The position numbers were made by a program, and so were the translations under genes. A DNA stretch of 62,624 bases, counting the filler, from Catajapyx aquilonaris (Eukaryota): NCBI GenBank assembly GCA_000934665.2. It is 3 parts of 3 records of this genome, joined end to end, with 100 filler letters (N's around TTAATTAATTAA, not from the genome) between each part and the next. Parts side by side here need not be neighbours in the genome. Positions count along the whole stretch, not along the records: positions 20,913 to 41,723 come from JYFJ02006189.1; 2 more parts are not named here. One strand, 5' to 3'. Positions 24,607-36,394 of the stretch are shown here, piece by piece (position 1 is the stretch's first letter; every line of letters begins with the position of its first letter). The notes beneath the pieces are model-generated. The model searched no databases and was not told where the DNA came from. It saw nothing but the letters and a program-made list of their open reading frames with translations.

Positions 24607-27282
24607 TCAGTCTTTGGCCGCCTGCTCAAGCGTCTTCCTTCGCTGAGGTATGTAGGCTACCCGACCCCTTATGAAATGGTCAATTATGAAGGCTTGCTCG
24701 TAGTGTCTGTCCGGTGTCATTTCAACGTCAACCATGGTCGTGTTGGGTCCCAGCACTTTGAAGTCCTGGAAATTATTTTGTCGAAATTATAGTTTCACTT
24801 TGATTCAGCATATGACGTTACCTCCTCTGGGTGCGGCTCGGCTGTCCCGAGGTCGATGGTGGCATGGTCGTGCAAGCACCGTACCATGATGCCTTTGTCT
24901 GTCCATGCCAAGACCACGAAGTTGTCCGAGTGGTTTGACTCCGGTTCACTCTGGCCCCTTGTGTCCAAGAAGGACAGGTCCGACCTGCGCGGACACAGCT
25001 TCTTCTTACCTCTGAAGTAATCGTTGATGTCTTCGTGGACCATTCTGACAAAAGATTTTCAACCAATCATTTTATGAGCACTGGTGGCGCCACGAGCCGT
25101 GAGAGGCAAAAATGCGACTCGAAGCGTAACCGAGTGCGCACCACAGTTCGCGCAGCCTGCAGGGTTGGCATTATCAATATACTTTCCCGGAAAAATGGTG
25201 CTGCGCGCGTGTGGGTGCGCGCAAACAACCAATACATCGATTCGATTCGCATTTTTGCCGCCATCGGCTTGTGGCCGCCAGTAGTACCTGTCAGCAAAGT
25301 CGATGTATCCGGAGATGTCTCGATTTGAAGTGCTCTGTCGCATGAACACAATCGTCTGCAAAGAAAGTAATAAGAAAATGAGTTGATCGTTTTATGACGT
25401 GTGGTCTGCACGCGATATGTCACATCCGACTTAAAAACGGCGTAGTTATTTTGTCAGCCGACACACGCCATGAAGCCATTCATTTCCGTGCGTCTGCTGC
25501 CCCCCTGAATGGAGATTAAATTGCTCCAAAATGAAATTGCTTCCAAAATGACATTGACTCGAGAATCAAGCCGGAACTTTTTGTCACATGTCTGGTGGGG
25601 GACGTCGCCTCCTTTTACATTATTGGTACGGTTCTGAGAGACATTTCAGGGATTTTTTTTTGTGGCAAATTAATCAATCAATCAATCAAATTGCACTGAC
25701 TCTAAGTCTTCCAGCCCTGTTCCTCTCTTCTCTGAGCGCCAGAAGACGAATGAGAGGATCCTCCATGGCCGGACTGTCGCCGAACTTCAGCGGTACGTCG
25801 ACCTTCTTAGGACACGACACCAGGATTCCAGGTGCCTAGAAAATCACACGACGGATAAGACCATCAATAATTATTGCAGACAATAAAGAGTGTATTAGTT
25901 ACGTCTGGTCCCAGGAGATACAGTTTCCTCATCTTATCGTATTCCTCCCTGCTCAGTCGACTTGATGAGTTGCAAAGGGCATTCATCTCGTATATCAAGG
26001 CAGCTATCGACTGGTTCTGGAAAGGAATATAGAATTGGCTAGGATGTGCCTCGGTTTGTCCCTATAACCAAGTGCGCACCACAGTTCACGCAGCAGCTTG
26101 CGAGGTTGGTAAGCTCTCTGTTAATACAAGCAATTATTTCCAACGCTATGCATGGGAACAGGGGCAGGGATAAGAGGCGCAAACTTCTGTCGGCGCCTTT
26201 GATGTTCGCGTCTCTCTGTTTGAGGCCGTTGCCAAGGCTGGCGGCCATTTTGAAGTGTGGGTAACGCCAACGAGGTATAAATAGGGCACAGGCAAAAATT
26301 GGGTCCGCCATATTTGATGGTTTTGGCGGCCATGGCAACTACATGGCAACAACACGCGCGAATCAAAGATGGCGGACCCTATTTTTGCATGTGCCCTATT
26401 TATACCTCGTTGGCGTTGCACACACTTCAAAATGGCCGCCAGCCTTGGCAACGCCCCAAACAGAGAGACGGGAAAAATTGAATGTTTGCGCCTCGTAGTA
26501 TATGCTCCCTGACAGTAGGGGGAACAAATATTGCTGACGTGTGCGACGTTGCCGAGGCTCTAGAACGAACCCCTGGGGAGTAACTCTGGCAACCTTGTTG
26601 TCATAACTATGGAGCTGCGCTAGTGTGGGTGCGCACTCTGTAAGCTACTACCCCTCGCCCGACCTAGCTAGTTCGCCATCTATGTGAAGAGTATGGTTAC
26701 CTGCGTGTAGAATATATCCCTAGGAGTCAACTTGCTAATAACGTAATCTTCGTAGGTACTGTGCTTGATGATGTCCCATTGGATGCCTCTTTGCAACAGT
26801 TCGGGCGTAGGGTAGTCTCTCTCCTTGGGATAACCCGCTACGGTGGGCTTGTAGTTTTCTTCGATGGCTGGGTCGTACAGGCCAGGAATTAGAGGAGGAG
26901 AAGCCTTCCAATTGGAGGTCGTCACCCATACCGCATCTTGATTGAACTTGGATGGCTTCTCTTCAAGGTCAGGGTTATGTGGACCTTTCTTCGTGCGAAC
27001 CTTTATGTCCGACATCGTCTGCGCTCTCCACACTTGGGGCACTTTGGGCACTCTGAAGTCCTCAAACGTCGGGATTCGCCTGAGCTCCAGCATATCGGAC
27101 TCGCTTGATCTGCTCTTAATGTGGCTACTCCTTAGTGATGATGGAATTGTCGAAACCGTGCTCACATCATCCGTTTTGGTCGACCTCCTCATGCTACCTC
27201 TATTCTCAGTAGCCTTTCCCAGGTCGCCAGTCGTGTATGACCTCCTGAGTTCTGTGCCCTTTCCTGCTCGTTTGCTGGCCAT
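24607..27282 (-). CDS. CFAP299: CFAP299 (C4orf22/DUF4464)-like paralog A, complete, about 426 aa with long N-terminal extension
   Basis: Six phase-consistent exons: 27282-26701, 26016-25903, 25835-25701, 25355-25288, 25044-24822, 24765-24607 (1281 nt incl. TGA). Motifs STYEDYVISKLTPRDIFY, LLALREERNRAGRL-TIVFMR..RDISGYIDFADR, YFRGKKKLCPRRSDLSF and YEQAFIIDH are collinear with recalled CFAP299. Confidence 0.87.
25133..25222. mobile_element. GTGCGCAC-terminated element, minimal copy 2 (intron 4 of CFAP299-A)
   Basis: AGTGCGCACCACAGTTCGCGCAG ... CTGCGCGCGTGTGGGTGCGCGC. Confidence 0.5.
26071..26637. mobile_element. GTGCGCAC-terminated element copy 3 with nested foldback MITE (26174-26494)
   Basis: Same termini as copy 1 and shared interior (TTATTTCCRACGCTA; GACGTKTGCGACGTTGC). 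The inner palindrome GAGGCGCAAAC...GTTTGCGCCTC has long inverted arms. Confidence 0.6.
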
Positions 27283-28808
27283 TTTGTATCACTGTATGTC
27301 AACACACCGCACTTGAAACGTATGTAAAAGGTACAATCCCTGCCGTTCGGTTCAACCACAGGGATGACAATGACGATAAACATGCTAAGGTTGCCAATAG
27401 TTGGTACAATGCTGGTGTTGTACTGGTGGCTCCACGAGCTGTTTGCTGCAAAATAGCGAATTACAGCGCCACCAGTACGACTCCTACCCCTGCCTTATGG
27501 AGACCCCCGTGTCCAGTGAATGGGGTTGCCGCTTTGGCGCTGCTGTATAGTTCTGAACTCTGTGGCGATTCTGCCTTTATAGTCGACTCTGCAGTCTTAT
27601 AATATCGATGGGAAAGCTCGTGGCGCCACCAGTACGACTATCCTACCCCAGCCTTTTGGAAACCCCCCGTGTCCTTATCAACTGTACCCGTAGTGAGTGG
27701 GGTTGCCGCTACGGCGCTGCTGTAGTGCGGATAATTCTGGCTTTAGCCCTTCGCATCGCTATTTTAGTAGAATCGTCCGCCAGGATAGCCACAGAGTTCA
27801 GCACTACAGCGGCGCCGAAGCGGAAGCCGCCGTCACTATATATGTGTACAGCTGATAAGGGCAAACTATAAGAGGGGAAGTTTCCAGACCTGTATATTCC
27901 TGTACTTCTCAAGCAGGATGACCATCAACTATACCCATACGAGAGATGGCCCACAAAGGCAGCCTTTCTCCACCGAATGTGAACCCGCAACTATCTGGCC
28001 AATAGCGACGATTCTCAGCTTGGCACAAGTTGGCGTGATTCCTGCTCATCACTTTAGCATGGGAAGATGTCAGCTGGTCTGCTTGTTTGTGGGTTCGGAT
28101 GAACCTCTAATCTCGTATGGATTTTCCACCAAAAAAAAAAAATATTTGCGGTTTCATTAATGAAGGAGAAGATAATTAGAAAAGTGATGCGTGTAATAGC
28201 CATGGAGGTGAATGAATTCCACATACATGCTTCGTCGTAATTATCGATTCATACGTAATTATAAAGGAGCAAAAAAGCAATTAGTGGTGTGGCAATTATT
28301 GTGTGTGTGAAACCAACCAATATGCTTCCTGACATGAAGTACAGGGTGTTCCGAAAGGAGTACCGGTATTGTTTGCGATTGTCTTTTGATTTGTTTATCT
28401 TGGCGCACTTTATCCAAGTCAAACCAGACCAAAAATAATAATATGCACTGGTTGCTTTTTATGGATGTCATATATTCAAGGAACAGGAAATAAAAGTGAT
28501 GAACAAACTATGAGGTCATTTACACTGTTATACAGGCAGGGGATTGTTACACATAATTATGTAGATCTCATTGGTCTAAAACCCTTTATGTTGAGAGAAT
28601 TAATTTATTGCCAAACATAGATAGGTAATGACAAAACCTGTTTTCATAATTGTTACATTTTTTGATGTTTCCACTTACAATGCAATAATAACCTGCAATA
28701 ATGTTCCAAGTCTTGAAATGTATCTAAATTCACACAGTTGGTAAAATGGTGCAGATAAGGTGCTGAGTATTACAGGGTGGCATGTGCAAAGAGTCATTAC
28801 TGGGTCTT

Positions 28809-30307
<1,499 letters not shown>

Positions 30308-31912
30308 AATATCCGTAATCGACGAGGTGATAGTGTCCACTGCATGATGTTGCCCATCGTCATCTAGGAGGATGCTGCACTCGACTCAATCAGACGACTC
30401 CTTCCTCCTCAATCCTGTAGGGCGTACTGAATAAACAGTGGTAATGGTGACTGCATATATATGTTGGCAGAGGGCGATGACGCCTTAAGAACATATAAAT
30501 CACGTGCGCTATGGCTAGGAAATTTTATGCTCTTGCTCACATGGCGTGGGTGGCCGGATGTGTCATAGGTCATTATGATGGGGGCGTTCGCTTTATTTTT
30601 TAAAATGCCTAGTAGCCTAGATAAGCAATGAATGTTTACGTGATGACCTTCATGAAAGTCAGGAGGTGGATGCCAAGGTGGAAGCAGTGTTCCTCTCATG
30701 GAGCCCTCTGATAAAAGGAGGAAAGCGGTAATTTTCTCCAGACTACCAAAATGAAACCTGAAGTACAATATACTGAAGTACAATAATTCCTGGCTATGCC
30801 CTCCCTAAGTCCAAGCCAAGAACTAGGCCCAAAATATGTCCTCCACAATTCCTGGACTTACACTGATCAGCGGATGGTCCAAAGACAAAGACTTGCCAGT
30901 ATCCATTCACTCACACCTAATTGGGATGCAATTTGTCGCAATTTGCTCATTGTTCAAGAGTGACAAAGAGGTCGTTGAGATAGACAATTAACCTGTAATT
31001 AAGTATAATTACCACTCCAAGCAGGAACAACAGCATGGTTTGACTCCAAGACACAAGTGACAACACAAGTGACTACAACTAGAAATTAAACCTTACCAAT
31101 GCTCAGGAAATAAAGAGATTAACTGTGAGGTCATTTACACCAGCGTGGCATTGTTACACATATGTAGGTCTCATTGGTTTAAATTCTGTTGAGAGCATTA
31201 ATTTATTGCCAAACATAGACGTACCAAAAAGAAAAATGACAAAACCTGATTGCATAATGAATCGAAATCGATTGCATGTTTGGATGTTCCACATACGATT
31301 CAATAATAACCTAAGTTCAAAGACATGAATCGCATCCAGTATCTAAGTTCACAGTTGGTAGACTCTGGGATAATTAAACAAATGGTGGGTGTGATGACCT
31401 AGCCTCAAATGTCATCATTTGAGCGACAACATGATTCGCAATACTCTAACTGCAAGTCCCACCCAGCAACAAGGAACGGATTTTATGCAGGCATCTATCC
31501 ATTTTGCTGCGACCTTCACATCCTAACTGTCAGTGTTTTACAATCCAACATGTATTTCCCTGATTGGAACAGAATCAATACCGAATGTCAGTAACACCTC
31601 TGGCATAATATGGATGTGTGATTATTTTCAGGTTTGGCATTAGACCCTAGTTATTTTCTACAAGCTAAATTAAAAATAATCCAAGGCGGTGCAAAACGGT
31701 TGTCACTGATTTCAGGATATGAAATGAAGCCATTCATACAAAGTGCAAGCATCTTAGTCCTTCACCATTTTTTAATTACGTAAATCTCACACCATTCACT
31801 CATATCAGCTCTTTTCTCTTTTCATATATAAAAAGTCCTGAATACAAAAAATCAACAATAAAGGGGGGAAACAAAAAAATGTATATTTCTTGAGTGTGGT
31901 ATGAGAGATATC

Positions 31913-32853
31913 CTATCCCTCCTGCTGGACGAAAGGATTGGGAATGCTTTCCATCCCGTCCACAGGGCAGATCAGCGCAACAGCAGTCCCGCGGCACACC
32001 ACCAGACCCAGCTCACGCCTATCTTCCGTCAGCTTGTACGGATCGTCCGGATCTGAAAGAAACATTTATTATCAGCCCTCAGCCAGGATACAACAATATT
32101 ATGCAATCAATCCTTAACGGACCTCGCAGGTACTCAAGGGTATCGTCAAGCACGAGGTTCAGGAGCGGGTCATATCCCTTCAGGATCCCCGAAGCCTCCC
32201 GTCCGCCAGCAAACTTGACCCGTATGTTCTTGTCAATGTACTTGGACAGGTCGAGGATACTCTCCTTCTTCTTCTTCTCCTTCCCGTCACCTCCGCCTTG
32301 GTTCTGAAATTGATAAGAAGCCACGTAAAAACCCATTGAAAATTTTCATCCCGCTGCTAATTACTGCTAAGTTAGCAGTAACTAGCCTAGGATAATTCCG
32401 GGGTCGCTTCCGTATAATAGGCCACAGCCGCTTCCTTCCTTCCCTATCCTTGGAGGTTGAAAGGCAATGCTGGGCCAACCTCCTTAATATCAATTATAAA
32501 GTAACTAGCATTGAAAATTCCACCCCAAAACAAGCAAGTAAGCTACGCCTGTTACCACGGTAAGCTTGTTGCCATGGCCTGGACAAACAAGCCGGCCTAC
32601 ATTTACGAGTGGGTATGAAATGGGTGCGAATAAACAAACGAACAAACTTACCGTTTTATATATGCAAAGTTCATTGTTCTTACTCCTGTCGTATTTGAAT
32701 AAGTGTCTAATATGTTGTGTGACTGCCAATGCGGTGCTTTACGTGTGGGTTAATGTGATGGGAATATTTTAAGCGGATTTTTATGCCTAATTTTAATGGG
32801 GAATTTAAAGTTAATTGGATTGAAACACAGAGAAGGGAACTCACCGACGCCAT
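31913..32853 (-). CDS. LSM7: U6 snRNA-associated Sm-like protein LSm7
   Basis: Exons 32853-32845 (MAS), 32303-32123 (KKKKESILDLSKYIDKNIRVKFAGGREASGILKGYDPLLNLVLD), 32052-31913 (DPDDPYKLTEDRRELGLVVCRGTAVALICPVDGMESIPNPFVQQEG*). Confidence 0.96.
32388..32450 (+). mobile_element. SINE body fragment in LSm7 intron 1
   Basis: AGGATAATTCCGGGGTCG..TAGGCCACAGCCGCTTCCTTCC matches the central part of the SINEs at 56812 and 58535. Confidence 0.7.
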
Positions 32854-33270
32854 TTTCAGGACCGGTTATTTATTCGTCTGGCAGCACTTACGCGCCAGGC
32901 TGTCACGTGCTCTAAATCCCGCAATACGAGTGGTCCACAATATACGTCTAATTATTTAAACATACATTACAATTAGTAGTTTAGGTTCGTGCTAATAAAC
33001 AATCTGAACATTAAATTAAATTTGTAATTACATAAAATGTATTATGAATAGTTGTCGTCTGGCAACTTGTAGCAATTGGCAGCCATCTTGAAGCTGATTT
33101 ACAATGGCGGCCATGTTTGAGCTCCAAGCCAATCCGGTGTCGAGTAGAAGTCACGTGGTCTCACAATCCCTTGATGCCCAACATGGCCGCCGAATTGATT
33201 AGTTTTTGACTGGGGCGGCGTGTGTTGTCCTCTAAATTTTCGGCCTCTAAATTTTAGTCCAACCAAAAAA
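32854..33270. promoter_or_regulatory. Putative bidirectional promoter LSm7/renalase
   Basis: 417 bp between divergent ATGs. Contains CACGTG E-boxes (about 32904 and 33152) and YY1/Pho-like GCCAT / ATGGCGGC motifs (33080-33190). Confidence 0.6.
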
Positions 33271-35503
33271 ATGGGTCCAAAGATCCTGATCGCCGGATGC
33301 GGGTTGACAGGATCCGTGGCCGCCGCGATCCTCCGCCGGGAGCTGAAAGGGAACTGCAGGATCGTCGTCTGGGACAAAGAGAAAGGATGCGGTCAATATC
33401 TTCATCACATTATTATTTTTTTCATGCATAGGAGAATCATCATTACATAAGGACCCGAGGGCTTCAACCCGCCCGATTACATTTTAATACAATATCAGTA
33501 AATTGGCAGTTGTATGTGACGACATGCTAAGCAACAGGCTATTACAAATTGACCCGTATATGTTTACTTATATACCCATGAGTGGAACTCAACGAGTTCA
33601 GGAACGTTAGCCGTACACTTAACTATGCACATTTGCTCTTATCACAGCCTGTTGCCATGTAACTTGTTTCCATGGTAATCCCGTTGCCAGGTAACTTGTT
33701 GCCGTGGTAATCCCATTTGGTAATCCCGTTGCCACGGAACTTGTTTCCGTGGTAATCCCGTTGCCATGTAAATTGTTTCCATGGTAGGCTCTTTGCCATG
33801 TAAATTGTTGCTGTGGTAATCCCGTTGCCATGTAAATTGTTTCCATGGTAGGCTCATTGCCATGTAAATTGTTGCCGTGGTAATCCCGTTGCCATGGAAA
33901 TTGTTTCCGCAGTAATCCCGTTGCCATGTAACTTGTTTCCTTGGTAATCTCGTTGCCATGTAAATTGTTGCTGTGGTAATCCCGTTGCCATGTAAATTGT
34001 TTCCATGGTAANCATTGCCACGAGACTTCCTGCAATGTAACTTGTTGCAGTGCGATTCGTTGCCGTGGCCGCAAACAAACAAACTTTCCCGTATGTACAG
34101 AGTGTGTAAGATTTGTTGAGAATTATTGGGTACGTGTTGCGTGTTTCGTGATGTTTATGTTTTGATTTTTATTGTTTTTTTGAAGGTGGGAGGATGTTGA
34201 CTAGTCGGAGCCCCCAAAATAGTCTGTGCTCCGTAGACCTTGGAGCGCAGTACGTGACGTCAACCCCGAGGTCGTCGCATGCTCACAAAGAGTTAGTATG
34301 AATGTGTACGCTAATTTGTACGAGCCTGGTACCTACTTTTTGAAAAGTTATATGTGCGTTTTTTCTTGATGACGAAATTGTGCCGACTGTATTATTAAAT
34401 GTACTACAAAAAGGGAAGTTATGCTCGTGATTGCACATTATTGTTGGTACAAGTGATGCGAAAAATTCAGTCATGGTCAAACGAGTATTTGACACTTTGT
34501 TGTTAATTAATTAATTAATATCGTTCCTCCCTGCAGCTTCTACAATGAGCTGATATCGTCCGGACTGCTCTCACCTCTCTCATGTCGGGTGGAAGGAATG
34601 AGGGAGGGTGTCCCCGGAGCTCGTCATTTTGTGTCTCCGGAGGGAACCGGCTCGCTTGTCAAACACTTCTTGAGTGCTGGGTCACCTAATGAGACGCAAT
34701 TCGGATGCCAGCTGCAAAGTCTTTCCATTCTACCTGGAGACAACGATGGAAACACTATGCAAGGGAGGAGGTGGGAGGCAGGGAACCATAAAGGAGGAAG
34801 GGAAGAGTTTGACGTAGTGCTGATCACCTTTCCGGCACCTCTGGTACTGAGGCTGGAGGGAGACGTTGCCCAAATTATAGGTAACTGATTGTCTCTTTCA
34901 AGTCAGGATTTAATTGTAATTAATTTGTGCACATTTCAGAGTCGAATCTGAGGCTTTACGATGGATTAAAGAGTGTGACTTACAGCACTCGTTTTGTCCT
35001 TGCGCTTTACTACGACGACAGTGAAGCTGATATTGTGGAAGACTGGGATGCCAAATTTGTGGATGGCGATGCGATTTTTCGGTTTGTAAGTATCGACAAC
35101 CGAAAGAGAGGGAAGCGGGACCAGCCTGCTTCAGTTGTGTTCCACTCCACGACAACGTTTGGCGAGCAAAATGCGGACCGAAGTGTGGAGGACGTACAAG
35201 TAGGAATGGAGAAGAGAGCGGCAGACATGTTTCCCGACTGGCCTCGTCCGGAGAGAACAAAGTGCCACAAATGGACATACTCACAAGTAAGTTGTTGTGA
35301 AACTAGTGGATTACTACTAAACTATGCGTTTCTTTCATTAGGTATTAACAAGTTATCCTGGCCAAATGGGATGTGTTACGGTTAGTCAAGAGCCCCTGTT
35401 GCTGCTGGGTGGAGACAGCTTTGCGCCCATGTCCAACTTTGATGGCTGCTTGTTGTCTGCGGTCAGGATGGCCGAAGCAGTGTTGGCACAGTGCAAAGAA
35501 TGA
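33271..35503 (+). CDS. RNLS: Renalase (FAD-dependent NAD(P)H-isomer oxidase)
   Basis: Exons 33271-33391 (KILIAGCGLTG..VVWDK), 34186-34291 (GGRMLTSRS..VDLGAQY), 34537-34880, 34940-35286 (VTYSTRFVLALYY..SIDNRKRG..KCHKWTYSQ), 35342-35503 (GGDSF..SNFDGCLLSA..*). Confidence 0.93.
33651..34070. repeat. 32-bp minisatellite (about 11-12 units) composed of X-box-like motifs, in renalase intron 1
   Basis: Consensus GTTGCCATGTAA(A/C)TTGTT(T/G)CC(A/G)TGGTAATCCC. Units start at 33651, 33683, 33728, 33760, 33792, 33824, 33856, 33888, 33920, 33952, 33984. Confidence 0.92.
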
Positions 35504-36223
35504 CATGATTAATCCCAAGCGAAGGAGTTCACTGACAGGCTTTCAAGGCATGCGTAGATTTAGTTTTAGTATCGAAGGTTCATTTTGATCAATGGGTACT
35601 GTATTTGTCACCGTTTGGTAATAGGTTTTGATGTCAAGTAGCAGCAGTCAGATGTTGAAATGTGGTGTAAATTTTGTGAATTCGTTACAATTGTTTTCAC
35701 TTAGGAATATCGGCTCTCCAGGGAAGAATACGATTGAAACCTTTTTTGCAAGAACATGATACCAGTGGATATTATTAATATAAAATTAATTACATCTGTT
35801 TAAAGCTGCGTTTACATGTGAGCGATTTGATCAGCAATAACATTGCTGAATGATGAGACCAATTTGTTTGGGGGCGAAAATGTACCACGATTGTTACTTT
35901 CGCTCGGCATGACTAATTGGCTTTATTATGCGCTGTACTTTTTTGTTGTGTTGTTATTATTAAGGTAGAGTTATCACATTATTTCGTGTTACACACCTGA
36001 CCCAAGAGGCCATCAGATTGCATGCTTCATCTGATATTATTGCAAGAAAAGTACAAATTGGGCTTAGGGTCGTGATTATACATTCAGCACCACGCTCTTG
36101 TTACTGTCATCATGACATATTATTTGTTGCGATTTGCAATTATGTTGCTAGAGTTATTACTGAAACCAGTAGTACTAATTTTGAAGTGAGTGTACATTTT
36201 CAGCTTGTTATTTGTGGCTTTTA

Positions 36224-36394
36224 AGGTGCGTTTACATGTGAGCGATTTGATCGCACTATCTCCGAGCAATGAATCCAATTGTTTGAGGTCAAAGTAACAA
36301 TCGATTTTCGCCTCAAACAATACTTTGGTTACGCAGCGATGTTACCACTGGCGATGACATCGTACAATCAAATCGCTCACATGTAATCGCACCT
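36224..36394. mobile_element. PIF/Harbinger MITE (partial second copy near 35800-35880)
   Basis: TIR AGGTGCGTTTACATGTGAGCGATTTGAT / ATCAAATCGCTCACATGTAATCGCACCT, TTA on both sides. Confidence 0.8.

Noticed and set aside
33651..34070. CRISPR-like array of ~32-bp repeats
   Set aside because: Units are contiguous with no unique spacers, there are no cas genes, and it lies in a spliceosomal intron.
33619..34082. Repetitive ORFs of 151, 146 and 74 aa
   Set aside because: By-products of the minisatellite being open in several frames, antisense within an intron.
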